NCBI GenBank assembly: GCA_013265495.1
Contig: MU058839.1
Location: forward strand, 1-64,000
Length of the DNA: 64,000 nt
DNA from: Vicugna vicugna
Lineage: Eukaryota
Reading direction: 5' to 3'
Position 1 is the stretch's first letter; each line of letters begins with the position of its first letter. This document shows, piece after piece, positions 51,921 to 64,000 of the stretch. The notes beneath the pieces were generated by a model that did not search any database, had not been told where the DNA came from, and worked only from the letters and a program-made list of their open reading frames with translations. A program made the position numbers and the translations under genes.

Positions 51921-54159
51921 AACAGGGAAGTTTTATTTTCCCACTTCTAGAAGCCTACATGAGGGAGTGTCCCATGCCATAAAGATTTCTTCTGATTCCT
52001 TCTCCAGGACACACAGTTTTTGTGATTTGGAGAAAGTTGTATAACATCTCCAAAACTCCATTTTCTAACATTACCACATTTGGATAATAATAGCTGTGCT
52101 TCAGCATTTGCTGTAGGATTACAAGAGATAACAAATGGCATATTAGGAGAGCATTACCCAGATGCCTTCCATTTTCTCTGGGAAAGGGGAAGATGGGTTC
52201 CATGAAAGGGTGAGTAGGGTAGAGAACATTTGAAATAGTCACTGTGGAAAGTGGGATGTCCACATAGATAATGGGACAGCAGTGATTTGTTATAGAGCAA
52301 GTCTGCAATTTTCTCTCCCTGGCTTGAGAGCCCAAGGAAAATGGACTCAGGATGATCCATGAAGGGCCTTTCCTACCAGGATCCAAGAGCAATGGCCATA
52401 CAAGGAGTGCTCAGGACTGAGAGCGTATACTCTGCCCTTCCCCTCTCCCACTTAAATACGTTTTTTGCAGTGGAGACTTGTTAAAATGAGCACTCAATGT
52501 TATCTTAAATAGGAAAAGAGCCTGGGGTGAGGTTTCTAGAAGGTGTGAGGTCCGGAGATGAGAGGCTGTATATCCATGCAAAAACCTCAGGTTATATTTG
52601 GTAATAACGGACAATTTCTGTCTTCCCATGTCAACTTTTACTCTAATATGTCTGAGGTCTTCAAATGCCTAATACATCATATCTGGGGTGAAAGGTTGGA
52701 AGAGGGTAGAAACAAAGTTCTAAGAACTTTGGAAAATTTTGTAATTATGTTTGCATAAAACTATAAAGAATGGAGAATTCAGTTATTTTCTCCCCTCCAC
52801 CTGTTGGGAAGAGCAATCTGCCAACACATTATTTCTACACATTATTTCTGGGTATGCCAAGGATATAGAGCCCAAACTACCCTTTACTTGGGTCATTTCT
52901 CAGGGTTGCATTTGCAGCAAGCAACCAAGTAATATCTTCTCCCAAACAAAGAGCAGGCTCACTTACCAAACAGTATAAAAGCAGTAAATTCCCTGAGTTT
53001 AATATTCCTTGGCTGTGACAGAAAACTACTGTCTATGTGGACCCTTCCCCTTGGACACCATGGGGTTTGAGAGGTCATGGGAAACTAGTGCCAACATTGT
53101 GCCAATGCTTTGACATGCTCCTTTGTCTCTCTCTAGTCCAGGCATCTTGTGTTTTCTGCTGGCATCTGTGAAATGGTAACAGGCCCCAGACTCTTCACAG
53201 ATCCTGAAACTACTCACCTACCTAAGAGAATCTGGACATTATTGACATAATCTCCACCTCCCTGTGCCTCTCCTCCCATGGAAGGAAGCTGAGAGAGTGC
53301 GTGAGCCAGCCAACATAATAAACTTCTGGCAAGGTAAGGAAAAGAGAGCTAAAGGAGGAATGCCTCTTTTTCATTGTCCTTCTCATTTAAACTTATTTAT
53401 TGACTTATTTTGTGACTATCTCTCTCAATAGAATGCAAGCTCCTGGAAGTCAGGGACCTTTTGATTTACCACTGTGTCTTAATGAGTAAAGGAGTGTCTA
53501 GCAGTGTTGAGGCTTAGTAAATACTTGTTGGATTAATTAACAGATTATCTGAGCCCTGAGCCACAAGTTAAGGTGAATTGGTGGTACTCATAATAGAAGT
53601 CTGTTTGCTCTTGAGCTGCAATTAAAGCTATTCCTCTCATCTTTGTGAATCATATCTTTGTGTGCCAAATCTTTATGTTCCTATACATTTTTTAAAGTTT
53701 TTTAAAGAGAATTTCCTCCCATATTACTTTACCATTCACCTCAGTTACTAAAGGATATCCAATAAGAGGACAGAAAGAAATGAACTGTACGGTGAGTGAC
53801 CATTCAATGCTGGGTACTTTATGTGTGTTGCTTCATTTAATTCTCATAACTCTGCAAGATTAGTATATTGATATCTATTTCATATATATATATATGTATG
53901 TGTATGTATACGTGTATGTGCACATACATGTATGTATACCTAAGTTCCCTTTATATATACATATATATGAATTTTAAAAAATATACAAGGGAACTTTGAT
54001 ACACAGAGGTTAAATAAGTTGCTTTAGGATACATATATGGTATAGCTTATTTTTTCTGGTTTCAAAACCCCTTCTGTGTTTGCTATATCATTTTATAGAG
54101 TTATAATACTTTGTACCTTGTGTTACAGTAAACAGATTTTCTGAAGTAACGTCTAGGAT

Positions 54160-54693
54160 GTGTATTGGTCAAGGTTCAGTGTAAATAAATAGAAACAGTT
54201 CTAAGTATTTTAAGCAGGACTGGAGAAATTAGTTAACAGACTAGGCCTCTAAGAATGAATGATTCTAGCACAATACAGAGTTGACCTATCAGTGGAGCTA
54301 TTACTGCTGAGGATGACTGGAACACTGGGTTCAATGACACAACCCTATGATAGAAGGTGGAGTCAAAAAGCTACTGCTCTCACTACTGCCACAATTGCCT
54401 ATTGGCTTCCAAGAGGTTAAATAGTGAACCATGGAACATTGCTCCAGAACACTTTACCTGTGACCTTAATTATAAAGAAATACAGTCAGAGTGGTCATGA
54501 GGATGCTTTCAACTTCTCTGTTTTCTAAATCTTGCATGAGTATATCTAATTGACAGACCTCATTCATACCCATAGCCTTAGGTGCAAAGAACTTTAGGAA
54601 ATGTTTTAGCTTCCAGTCTCTGCATTATGAAAGCTGCCATAATAAGAATGTAGAATGGACTTTTGAGTGACCCAACCTGCAGTACTTACCCCA
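54160..54693 (-). mobile_element. Old MLT1 (K/M/N-like) MaLR LTR
   Basis: TGTATTGGTCAAGGTTC...ATAGAAAC...TTTTAAGCAG start; ATCTAATTGACAGACCT...GCAAAGAACTTTAGGAAATGTTTTAGCTTCCAG near the other end. Confidence 0.55.
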
Positions 54694-56020
54694 GGCAGTA
54701 TTTGGTGAAATACAAATACTTACACAGAAATAATAGGTTCAAATGTTTAAAACTGACTCTCTCCAGGAAAACTTCTACTACATGATTATTTATTTGAACT
54801 CCAGAGTCCTTACAGTCAACTCTTAACGGCTATGATTTATCCTGGGGAAAATATTCCCTATGTATGTTAAGGCCAATATGATATCTAAATGTACATATAT
54901 CAGAGACAGGAAAATTATTTGTGATGTAGAATCATCATTTTCGCTTTTCTAAGCCTGTCGTTTGCTGACACTGTTATTGGCATGATTTTTTAGAAGAGGA
55001 GGCTTACTTCCAGCAAGCCCCAGGCCTTTCTCAGGATTCTCTTTGGCTCTGATTTCTCATATGCCAACACAGTACTCAACTAGGAAGGGCTTAACAATTT
55101 AGTACTTTAAAACTCCAAAGACACTTACTTAGCACATCCAAACATTTTACATGGAGGCCCCAGAGAGGCAAAAAGATTTGCGCAAGATCTCATGGAGACT
55201 AGACTAGAAGCCAAGTTCTCTGGCTCACTGTCCAAAGCTTTTTTTTTTTTTTTAGCACAACATAACCAAGCCTTAGACTGTATGCTTCCTAAGTTCAGTG
55301 ATATTGTGTGTGTGTGTGTGTGTGTAATTCCATTTATATCAAGTTCACTAACAGGCAAAACTAAGCTATATTTTTAAGGAAGCATACTTACATGTTAAAG
55401 TGTGAAACAGAACAAGGGAGTATTAACTATCTAAGTCTGGTTAGTGGTAGAGGTGGGGAGTTACTAGGAAAAGGCAAGTGGAAATGTCTGGAATGATGGT
55501 AGTATCTTAGGATACTCAGTTTTTTAGAACTCAAGCTTTTTTTTTTAACCCACTGTAATATATTTGATATTTTTGTCTTTAATAACACTTAGTTTTAGTA
55601 CTTACTGTATAATAGAGACAGACTAAGTGCTTTCCATGGATTTTTTAATTTAATGCTCATAGGAACACTCTAATAGAGGCTCTATTATTATCCTAATTTT
55701 ATAGATAAGGAAGCCGAGGCACAGCCTTTACTAGCCAGACTAAATCCACACAGTTAGGTAGCTGTATTTGATTCATCTGGCTCCAGTGTCTTTTGCGTAA
55801 CTATTCTGCTAATGCTAGCCACCAGAAATTTGGTGGGTGAGTAAATTTTGGACCCTTTTTATTATTATTATTTTACAGTCATAGAAGTTATAGTTATGAA
55901 AACCACATTAATAAAAAAAAATCTGGATGAAAAATTATACACAGACCCAGAACTGTGATTACATCTATGATAAAAATGTAAATGCACCTGGATGAAAGAC
56001 CAGAATACAAAACACTGTTA

Positions 56021-56797
56021 AAATAAATGCTGGAGAGGGTGTGGAGAAAAGGGACTACTGTTGGTGGGAATGCAGTTTGGTGCAGCTATTGTGGAAAACA
56101 GTATGGAGATTCATCAAAAAAATAAAAATGGATTTACCATATGATCCAGAAATCCCACTCCTGGGCACATATCCAGGGATCCTTAATTCAAGAAGACACC
56201 CGCACCCAAATGTTCATAGCAGCACTATTTACAATAGCCAAGACATGGAAACAACTTAAATGTCCATCGACAGATGACTGGATAAAGAAGTTGTGGTATA
56301 TTTATACAATGGAATACTACTCAGCCATAAAAAATAATAAAATAATGCCATTTGCAGCAGCATGGATGGCCCTGGAGAATGTCATTCTAAGTGAAGTAAG
56401 CCAGAAAGAGAAAGAAAAATACCATATAATTTCACTCATATGTGAAATCTTAAAAAAAAAAGACAATGAACTTATATATAAAATAGAAACAGACTCACAG
56501 ACATAGAAAACAAACTTATGGTTACAGGAGGAAAGGGGGTGGGAAGGGATAAATTAGGAGTTTGAGATTTGCAGATACTGACAGATATATACAAAACAGA
56601 TAAACAAGTTTATACTGTATAGCACAGGGAGCTATATTTGATATCTTGTAGCGTACAGTGAAAAAGAATATTAAAACAAGTATATGTATATACATGTATG
56701 ACTGAAACATTGTGCTGTACACCAGAAATTGACACAACATTGTAAACTGACTATACTTCAATAAGAAAAATCCTATTTAAAAAAATTAAAAATAGAT
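56021..56797 (+). mobile_element. 5'-truncated young L1 with poly(A) tail and TSD
   Basis: ORF2 C-terminus ([41 protein letters not shown]) plus 3' UTR. TSD AAAACACTGTTA at 56009-56020 and 56798-56809. Confidence 0.95.
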
Positions 56798-58569
56798 AAA
56801 ACACTGTTAGGTTGATGGTAGCAGCACTGTTAGGTGCTTTTTCCCCTCTCTTCTCTGTTTTCCAAATTTATTTTAAAGTGGTTATATTAAATTTATAATG
56901 GGGAAGTGTGCTCTAAAATAAACTTCCCATTTACCTGAAACATAAAATTTCATTTCCATACACTTCTGCAGCTTTGTATAATCTTTTAGCAGCCTCTTCT
57001 GTTCAATGAGTAACTTCATTACTAAATTGATGGCAACAGTTCATTCTAGCTATGCAAATCACAGATCCACAGCCAGCTGAGGAAAAGACAGATAAAAGAT
57101 TACATTAAAAATTACAGCAATGTGTGGAGATCTGGATAATGTGCTTATAATTATTTTGACATATTTAATATTTATGCAATTACAAAGCCAGTCACAACAA
57201 ATCTTAAATTGTAAGTCATACTTCTTTTGCCCTTTGATATTTTTGACCTTGAACTGAGACTGCCAAATAATATACAAGAAATAGCTGTAGGAGAAGCATT
57301 TCCTTTGGTCTATAAATAATAAATGCTTTTTCTTAGAAAGTGATCTCATTTCTTCCTAGCCTTTGTTTATTTTCAACGCCTTGTGTTTTTTTCACTCTGT
57401 TATATTCTGATTACCCTTGAAAAGCGCTGGGCTTTCAGTCTTCCACAGTTTGGTTGTGTTGTTTTCTGGTGCTGCTACTGTGATGTGTTTTCTGCCAGAG
57501 GAAATTTACAGGCACATTAGCCTACTTGACAGGCACAATGAGCCACAAGTCTCACCTAAGGAGAAACTACCACGTGCTGTGATGAGGTTTTCTGTCTCTC
57601 CATCTCACATCCCCCCTTACACCTTAGTACCCCACCATGATTCAGATAGAAATCCCAAGCACTTTTGCTAATCGGTATTGCTTTGGATCCTGGATTTAAC
57701 TCTCTGGTTCCTGGTAACAGAATTGCATTGGTTCTGCAGTTAATTCATATTTCTGCAACAATCTGACTTCAACAGTTTATGGATAAAGCCCGTGTCTTCA
57801 CTTACAGCCAAATAGATGCCAAGTAAGGGATGGATGGGAACCTTTTTGTTCCTATGATGAGTCATCGACACAAAGGGGAGAAAACAGCACCTGAGAACTG
57901 TACAAAGGAAAAGCAATATCATTAAACTCTATGGAGGGTGTCAGAGAAAAAGCTGAAACACTTAATTTACTTTTCTCAGTGTATCATAGAAAAATGGTCA
58001 AGAATCAATAAAATTTATTAAAAATTCAAAAACAGAAAATGAGACATGAATGAAAGGGTAAACTCTTTCCTTGGCAGATTCCAAATAAATTGGAGTATTA
58101 CCCTGCAACCACTAGGGAGCCAAAGGCCTGTGCATGTTCACTTTCATATAGATTATGCCATCCATTAGGGAGTAAATTTGCTAAGATATAGCAGTTTTGG
58201 TACATTCAGACCCTGACTTCATGCTAAGCTCTCTGTTCAATTTAAAATCTTCCAGTCCTTTTAAATAATTTTTAAATTTTGAGAATAATCCCTTTATCCT
58301 TAGTATGTTTGAACCATAAGCATGTAGCTATGTAACCTACAGAAATTATTTAGAAGAATAGTCCAAAATCACATGTAAGTTTCTTGCTTGATTCTCTGCC
58401 AAGAAGCAGATATTTGCTAGGCCAATCTGTAACATTGGTTTGAGCTGCTGTATTTGTTGAATGAATAAATAAATGAATGAACCTTGCATTGTCTGGAAAC
58501 CGGGAATAGGTGGCTTCCTGGTAGATTTATTCTTTAGAGAACTTACTGGGAACATTCTTAGTTTGGCCC

Positions 58570-58911
58570 TGTCCTAGTCAGTTCAGGCTGCTATAACAAT
58601 ATGGACTAGGTAGCTTTTAAACAGCAGAAATCTATTGCTCGCAGATTTGAAGGCTGGAATTCTGAGATCAGGGTGCCAGCCTGGCTGGGAGAGGGCTCTC
58701 TTCCAGGATGCCGACTTCTCACTGTGTTCTCCTGTGGCAGAAGGGGCTAGGGAGCTCTGTGGAGTCTCTTTCATAAGAGCACTAATCCCATTCATGAGGA
58801 CTCTACCTTGTGACCTGAGCACCTCCCAAAGGCCCCACCTCCTAACACCATCATATTGGGGGGTTAGGATTTCAAAATAGAAATGGTGTTGAAAATATTC
58901 AGGCCGCTGCA
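58570..58911 (-). mobile_element. MLT1A/MLT1A0-like MaLR solo LTR with 5-bp TSD
   Basis: TGTCCTAGTCAGTTCAGGCTGCTATAACA...GCTGCA; TSD GGCCC at 58565-58569 and 58912-58916. Confidence 0.9.
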
Positions 58912-61900
58912 GGCCCCATACCCTTTTTTTCTCTTTCTTGGGGCCATGCTCTCCCAAAGGTTTCAGTATAGCCAGATACAGCTGTGTTCTCACCTGTGCC
59001 GTCTGTCCCTCCCCATCTTTAAGAGGAGACAAATAACAGTTTTTCGGTTCTGGCAGCCTGATGGTCCTTGGAGAGACTGACTTATTCTTCAGGCTCCCTG
59101 AGAGTGAGAGCAGACTGCAGATTCCCATCTTGAAAGTGGTTCTTCCTTAGTCTGGTTTTCTGCAGTGGCAGTGGTTCTCCTCTCTGCCTTTTGCTTCTCT
59201 GTAATGACTGCAGGGATGAGGAGACAGATATAGTTTTCCAGGTTGTCAGGATGACAAGAGGTCCTTCTAGCTAGTTCAGAACAATGGCAACAGTCACCAT
59301 TAATCTTGCCCATCATCTGGAAAATACAGAATACCTGAAAAGCAGGAATTATTTATCCTCACACAAAGAAAACCAATGTGCCAGTCTCTAGACCTTATAT
59401 ATAGCCCTTCTCCATCTAAATGTCTTTAGAAATAGAGTTCATTAATCTAGGGTGATTTGAGTAAGATTCTTTCTGAAACAGCAGGCCAATTTAGATAAAG
59501 CCCAAGGTGTCTTTAAATTCATTTCTTGTTTGTTTTGTTTTTTAACTGGAAAGGTCAGAAAACAATGGGTAAATTTTCAAATTTCTGTCTGCATCTAAAC
59601 CAGTGGGAAATTTACTCTAATTTTAACACTGAAATATTTTAACAAATAATCATCAAATGCTTACTGTATGCCTGGCAGTCACTGTTGTAGATGCTGGAAA
59701 TATAGCATAATGTGTATATTGAACCTTCAACGGGAAGACTGCATATAGAAACTGAGAATTCATCAGGCTCTCTGATGACTCCATTCATGTTTTCTGTACC
59801 CATTCATCCTTTAAACTGTACTCAGGTGAGCTCTCCAAATGGTGGGTTTCACTTGCCTCCCTGGTCCCCTAGGACTAAGCAGAAGACATTAGATCCCAGC
59901 TCCTTCATCCCCAACCTCAGCCTGGTGGATGCATTTTCATCGGGGTGAGTATACCTAGGAGCAGAATTTTTATCATCTCCTCAAAGTCCTGAGGACTTTT
60001 TCTTTCAGTACCAAAAACTACTGAAAGTCAGTGCCTGGGTAGATTAACTGCCAAAAAGGACCCTGAAATGTGGAAGCATTTGCCAGTCTGATTATCTGTG
60101 CTCATAGTTATCTGGGGAGCTGCTACAAATGTATAGAGGGGGAATATTACTCATTTGGAAGCCTGGCTGTCAAAGAAAATCTGAACCCAGGAGCTTTTCT
60201 CCTAAGAACCCCTGTGACATTTTATTCTTTAAATAAATCTTTTCTTCCTTTCCTTAGGTAAGAGATTGACATTTTAAGATCAATCATGCCTCTGCTTTGC
60301 AGGGTTGGTTGACTTAGAACAGGATAAATGGAAATTAAGCAAAATTTCCATTTTTGAATAAAAATGCTCAAAATAGCTATATTCTAACTCGGTATAAAAG
60401 AAGGATGCTCTTCTCCCAGTGGTCATTCTCATTACTGTGGTTATCTCAAGACCTTTTGATGTCAAAATTTCACCCTCTTTTCTCTAAAAGAACCATTCTG
60501 AACATATCTGAACATACACTTGCTATTTCAAAAGCAGCAGAAAGCAAAGGAATCCCATGCTACATTTTCTCCATTGTAGGTAAGGATATCTTAATGATTC
60601 TGATACAGTCACATGTTACCAGCTTAGCATCATGGGATGCTTCAGCTTGTTACTACATGCTATAGGTGAATTCTTTCCTCCTGTTTATATTATTTAGCAG
60701 CCCCTCCTCTTGTTCATAACGGGCTTGTTGCAATTGGCTATCCTATCTGAAAAACAGATTTTACAGTGCTTTCAACTAATTTAAAATGATATTTTCAATT
60801 ATTAAGGCTCCTGGACCATTCAGTTAGTCAATGCACATTTATTGTGAGTCTGCTATGTGCCATGCACTGGAGGGGTGCTGGGTACCATAGAATTCCAGGG
60901 AGAATGCTGTGATCAAAGGATCAACTAGATGAGGTCAGGAAATACTCTTCTAGGACCAGCCTTACCCGTGACATGTGTGGCCTGGGCAAGGCTGTCAACC
61001 TCTGGGATTCCAGTTTTCTCACATGTAAAATAAGGGGTGGACAGAGTCTAACATTTTGTGATTACTGCTTGTTTAGTTAACTCATTGCCCTGGAAACCCA
61101 GTGGCCTCATGGGGACCTAGGTGAATGCTTTTATAAATTTTCCCAGAGGGTACTAGATCTACTCCAAGGAGCAGTTTTAGTGCTAAGATGAATGATTTTC
61201 AAAGAACCAAGAAGACATTTAAAGAAAGAGCACATATATGTTTTTCACTTTACTGGCAATTTGAGAATATTCTTCTCCAACATGCTTGCCTGCTTTCTAG
61301 TTGCTAGATAGAATAAGGGAGTAATCTCCAAGTGTGGAGGGTCAGTTAGAATTCCAAGCACCATGGTCTAATCTCCCTAGGATAATAATAAATCAATGTT
61401 ACAAAAACAAGCGATGAGTCCAGATAATTCTGCCCTTACAGTAGTGACAGTTCATCAAGGCATGTTAAAACTCTCTAACTCTGTGCCATTTCAGCAGTTC
61501 CAATAGTTTTCAAAGCATCTGAGACTTCCTGTTATTACTACTTATTTATTTGTGAGTATTGACAATAAAATGAATGCTTGCTGTTTGCATAATTTTTTTG
61601 TTCCTTATTTTCAAGCCACTAGATATTCTTCTAACATCATGTGAGAATTTCTTCTTTCCGTCAGTTTCCACTATATAGCAGGTATTTTATAAAGTGTTTA
61701 TAAAAATGCATCTCAATTTGCAAAATATGCAACAGTTTGGTATTAGGACCAGGAGGCTTATTTGAAATTCAGCATGATTCCTTAATTTCTAACCTAAAAA
61801 AAAGCAAAGGAAAAAAGGAAACCTCATATTGCTTTTTAGATCTCATCTTCCTGCATTTGTGGTTAGTTCATTTCAATTTCTTGTGTCAAAAGAATGTAGT

Positions 61901-62820
61901 AACTCATCATACACCATTGATCAGAGGGAGGACAGTTTACAGTTTCTTGTTTCTATTTCTTAAAAAAAGACCCCATATATACAACATACACAAAAAACTT
62001 TTTTTTAAAAATGGAGAACAGGTAGTAAGGTATAAGTTATATTGAGTAGCTCTCTCTATTTCCCTGATTTCCCAATAACACTTCATGGCTTTCTTTTCTT
62101 TCTTTCCTCCCTCTCACTATAAATATCAGAGCTGATGACTGACTTTTATTGCTGCCTTTCATGCATACTCCTCAGGCTTGCAAATCAGCTCTTGATTCCG
62201 GGAATCATCTCCCTGTCTCCTGCCCTTGCTCGCAGTTTTCTAATGGGGCTAAGGGGCCACAAAAGGATCCACATTGTACAGCGCCTTGATTTGAATAGTA
62301 AAACTTGAAGGGTGGACGTTAGATTCGTTGCATCAGCTCATTTCAGTCCCCTTGGTGCGTGGTACAAGGCAGCCACCCCTGGAACATTTTGCCTATGGAG
62401 AAGATGACGAAAGGGCAACCTGGCAGGTGACAAAAATGGGGAAGAAAATAGAAGTGTTTGCAGAAAGCCTTCCTGCAAGCAGAAATTCTACTCCCTACTT
62501 CAAATAGTGTTATTCTTTTAAAATAACATTTCAAGATACTTTATCTTTCTAAAATGAGTTATCTTGCCTAATAATGGTCCAGTGTAACATTCTAGTATAT
62601 CTATTCTCTAACCTCATAGTACTTGACACTCACATTCTTGTTCTGACTGATCAAAACGTCTGAAGCATGTTTAGTGGATATATTGGTGGGGGTGTGTGTA
62701 TATACACACATATACATCCAAATATTATGTTAATTTAGAAATAGAAGAATGAAATAATTAACCATGATAATTAGCATTTTTGAGAACATACTATGTGCCA
62801 GGGCCTGTACTGAGCACTTG

Positions 62821-62852
<32 letters not shown>

Positions 62853-62895
62853 AACTCTGTCTCTCTCTCTTACACACACACACACACACTCACAT
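62821..62895. repeat. Compound (CT)n(CA)n microsatellite inside a MIR (~62770-63030, minus)
   Basis: Dinucleotide runs; flanking AAACTGAGGCAC...AAGTGACTTG MIR core. Confidence 0.9.
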
Positions 62896-63249
62896 ACATA
62901 TTCTCATTTAATGTAATCTGAGGTAGAAACTATTACCAGTTCCATTTTCCAGGTAAGAAAACTGAGGCACGAAGATGTTAAGTGACTTGGTTAGGATCAC
63001 ATAGCTGAAAGTATCAGAGGGAGGCATATAATCGAAGGCATGGATTTTTTTTTTTTTTGCCTAAAATTGAGGTGCTGTGCACAGTCCAACAACTGACGCA
63101 ACGTGTTTGTTCTTCGGAAACTTGGTTCTAAATATCAACTAAACTTGCCAAACTTCTAAATTTTGTGACATTTCTGTTCTCTCAAAAAGGGTAAGTTCTT
63201 AGAATTATAGCTCCTGGAAACAAACATTTAAACCTCAGGCTCTTGGACT

Positions 63250-63430
63250 AAGCTGGCCAATATGATAGCACATTGGCTATTAAAATTAAAATTAAACTAA
63301 ATTAATTTAAGGCCCCCAGCTGCATTTGCCACATTTCAAATGCTCAGTAGCAGCATGTGTCTCGTGGATACTCTGCTAGCCAGCACAGCTATGGGACATT
63401 TCCACCATAGTAGCAATGCTGCCCAAGGAG
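63250..63430. mobile_element. MER3-like hAT-Charlie element
   Basis: GCCACATTTCAAATGCTCAGTAGCAGCATGTG...CAGCACAGCTATGGGACATTTCCACCAT. Confidence 0.75.
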
Positions 63431-63504
63431 ACAAGTAACTGAGGAGATACAAGAGAGTAAATGATCCTTGAGTTCCTTCTAGAAAAGGCACTAACGTGTG
63501 TTTC

Positions 63505-63880
63505 CAAAGAAAACATTTACTGAGTGCCCACTCTTGGCTAGGCACAGTGCTAGGTGCTGAGGGTACATTGATCGATATGGATCAATGAGGTAGACATGAT
63601 CTCTGCCCTTCCTGGAACTCACAGTCTCTTGAGCCAGTCACCAGGGTAAGCACTGCTGTGATGGGAGGTCTAACATGCTGGGAGACAGAAAACCTAGAAG
63701 ATGCAGGTTTAGGGGTCAGGTAAGGCTTTCTGGGGGAGAGAGGAATCTAAACGAAGGCCTTGATTGTGAGAAGACTTATGAAACAAATACAAGAGGAAAA
63801 ATGTTCCCAGTTGAAGGAACATCCCGTGTGAAGATCCTTACAGGGGAGAGAGCATGCCATGCTTTGGAAGAGTTTAAAGT
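63505..63880 (-). mobile_element. LINE-2 3' fragment
   Basis: AAACATTTACTGAGTGCCCACT...AGGCACAGTGCTAGGTGCTGAGG...CTCTGCCCTTCCTGGAACTCACAGTCT. Confidence 0.8.
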
Positions 63881-64000
63881 TGTCAGTAAAGTTACTTTCT
63901 TAATTCCGTTTCTTAGGATCAGAGCTTGAATTAAAAAGAAAAAAATTTTTTGCATTGTCCAAGTTACAGAGGGAAGGCAGTAGAGAAAGAAAAAGCAGAG

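Noticed and set aside
56041..56506. ORFs with protein-like composition
   Set aside because: Frameshifted L1 ORF2 C-terminus in a 5'-truncated copy.
58583..59128. 181-aa minus-strand ORF
   Set aside because: Runs largely through a MaLR LTR; no domain or splice support.
1..64000. CRISPR arrays, operons, tRNA/rRNA genes or other prokaryote-style systems
   Set aside because: None seen; the window is mammalian intron/intergenic DNA with no regularly spaced repeat array.

Overview
Mammalian genomic DNA; the style of the L1 3' ends suggests an artiodactyl, possibly a camelid (inference). The window holds the 5' end of MAN2A1 (Golgi alpha-mannosidase II, GH38) on the minus strand. A CpG-island promoter (~41.9-44.1 kb) is followed by coding exons 1-4 (42788-42654, 20675-20418, 18186-18042, 3314-3143). 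All four have canonical GT-AG junctions and consistent phases, and the gene continues off the left edge. The rest is intronic or intergenic and rich in old transposon fossils. These include a full-length Tigger1 nested in a MaLR LTR, and a nested ERV cluster just upstream of the promoter: an ERVL LTR with gag/pol remnants split by younger LTRs, then a degenerate gamma-type env remnant and another LTR. There is one assembly gap (29151-29785). I found no convincing new biological system. The best leads are the env remnant, a tiny L1 tail that supplies sense poly(A) signals just after exon 3, and the AUG-free ~1 kb leader with a possible upstream donor or GUG start. Repeat family names come from recalled consensus sequences, and many repeat boundaries are approximate.
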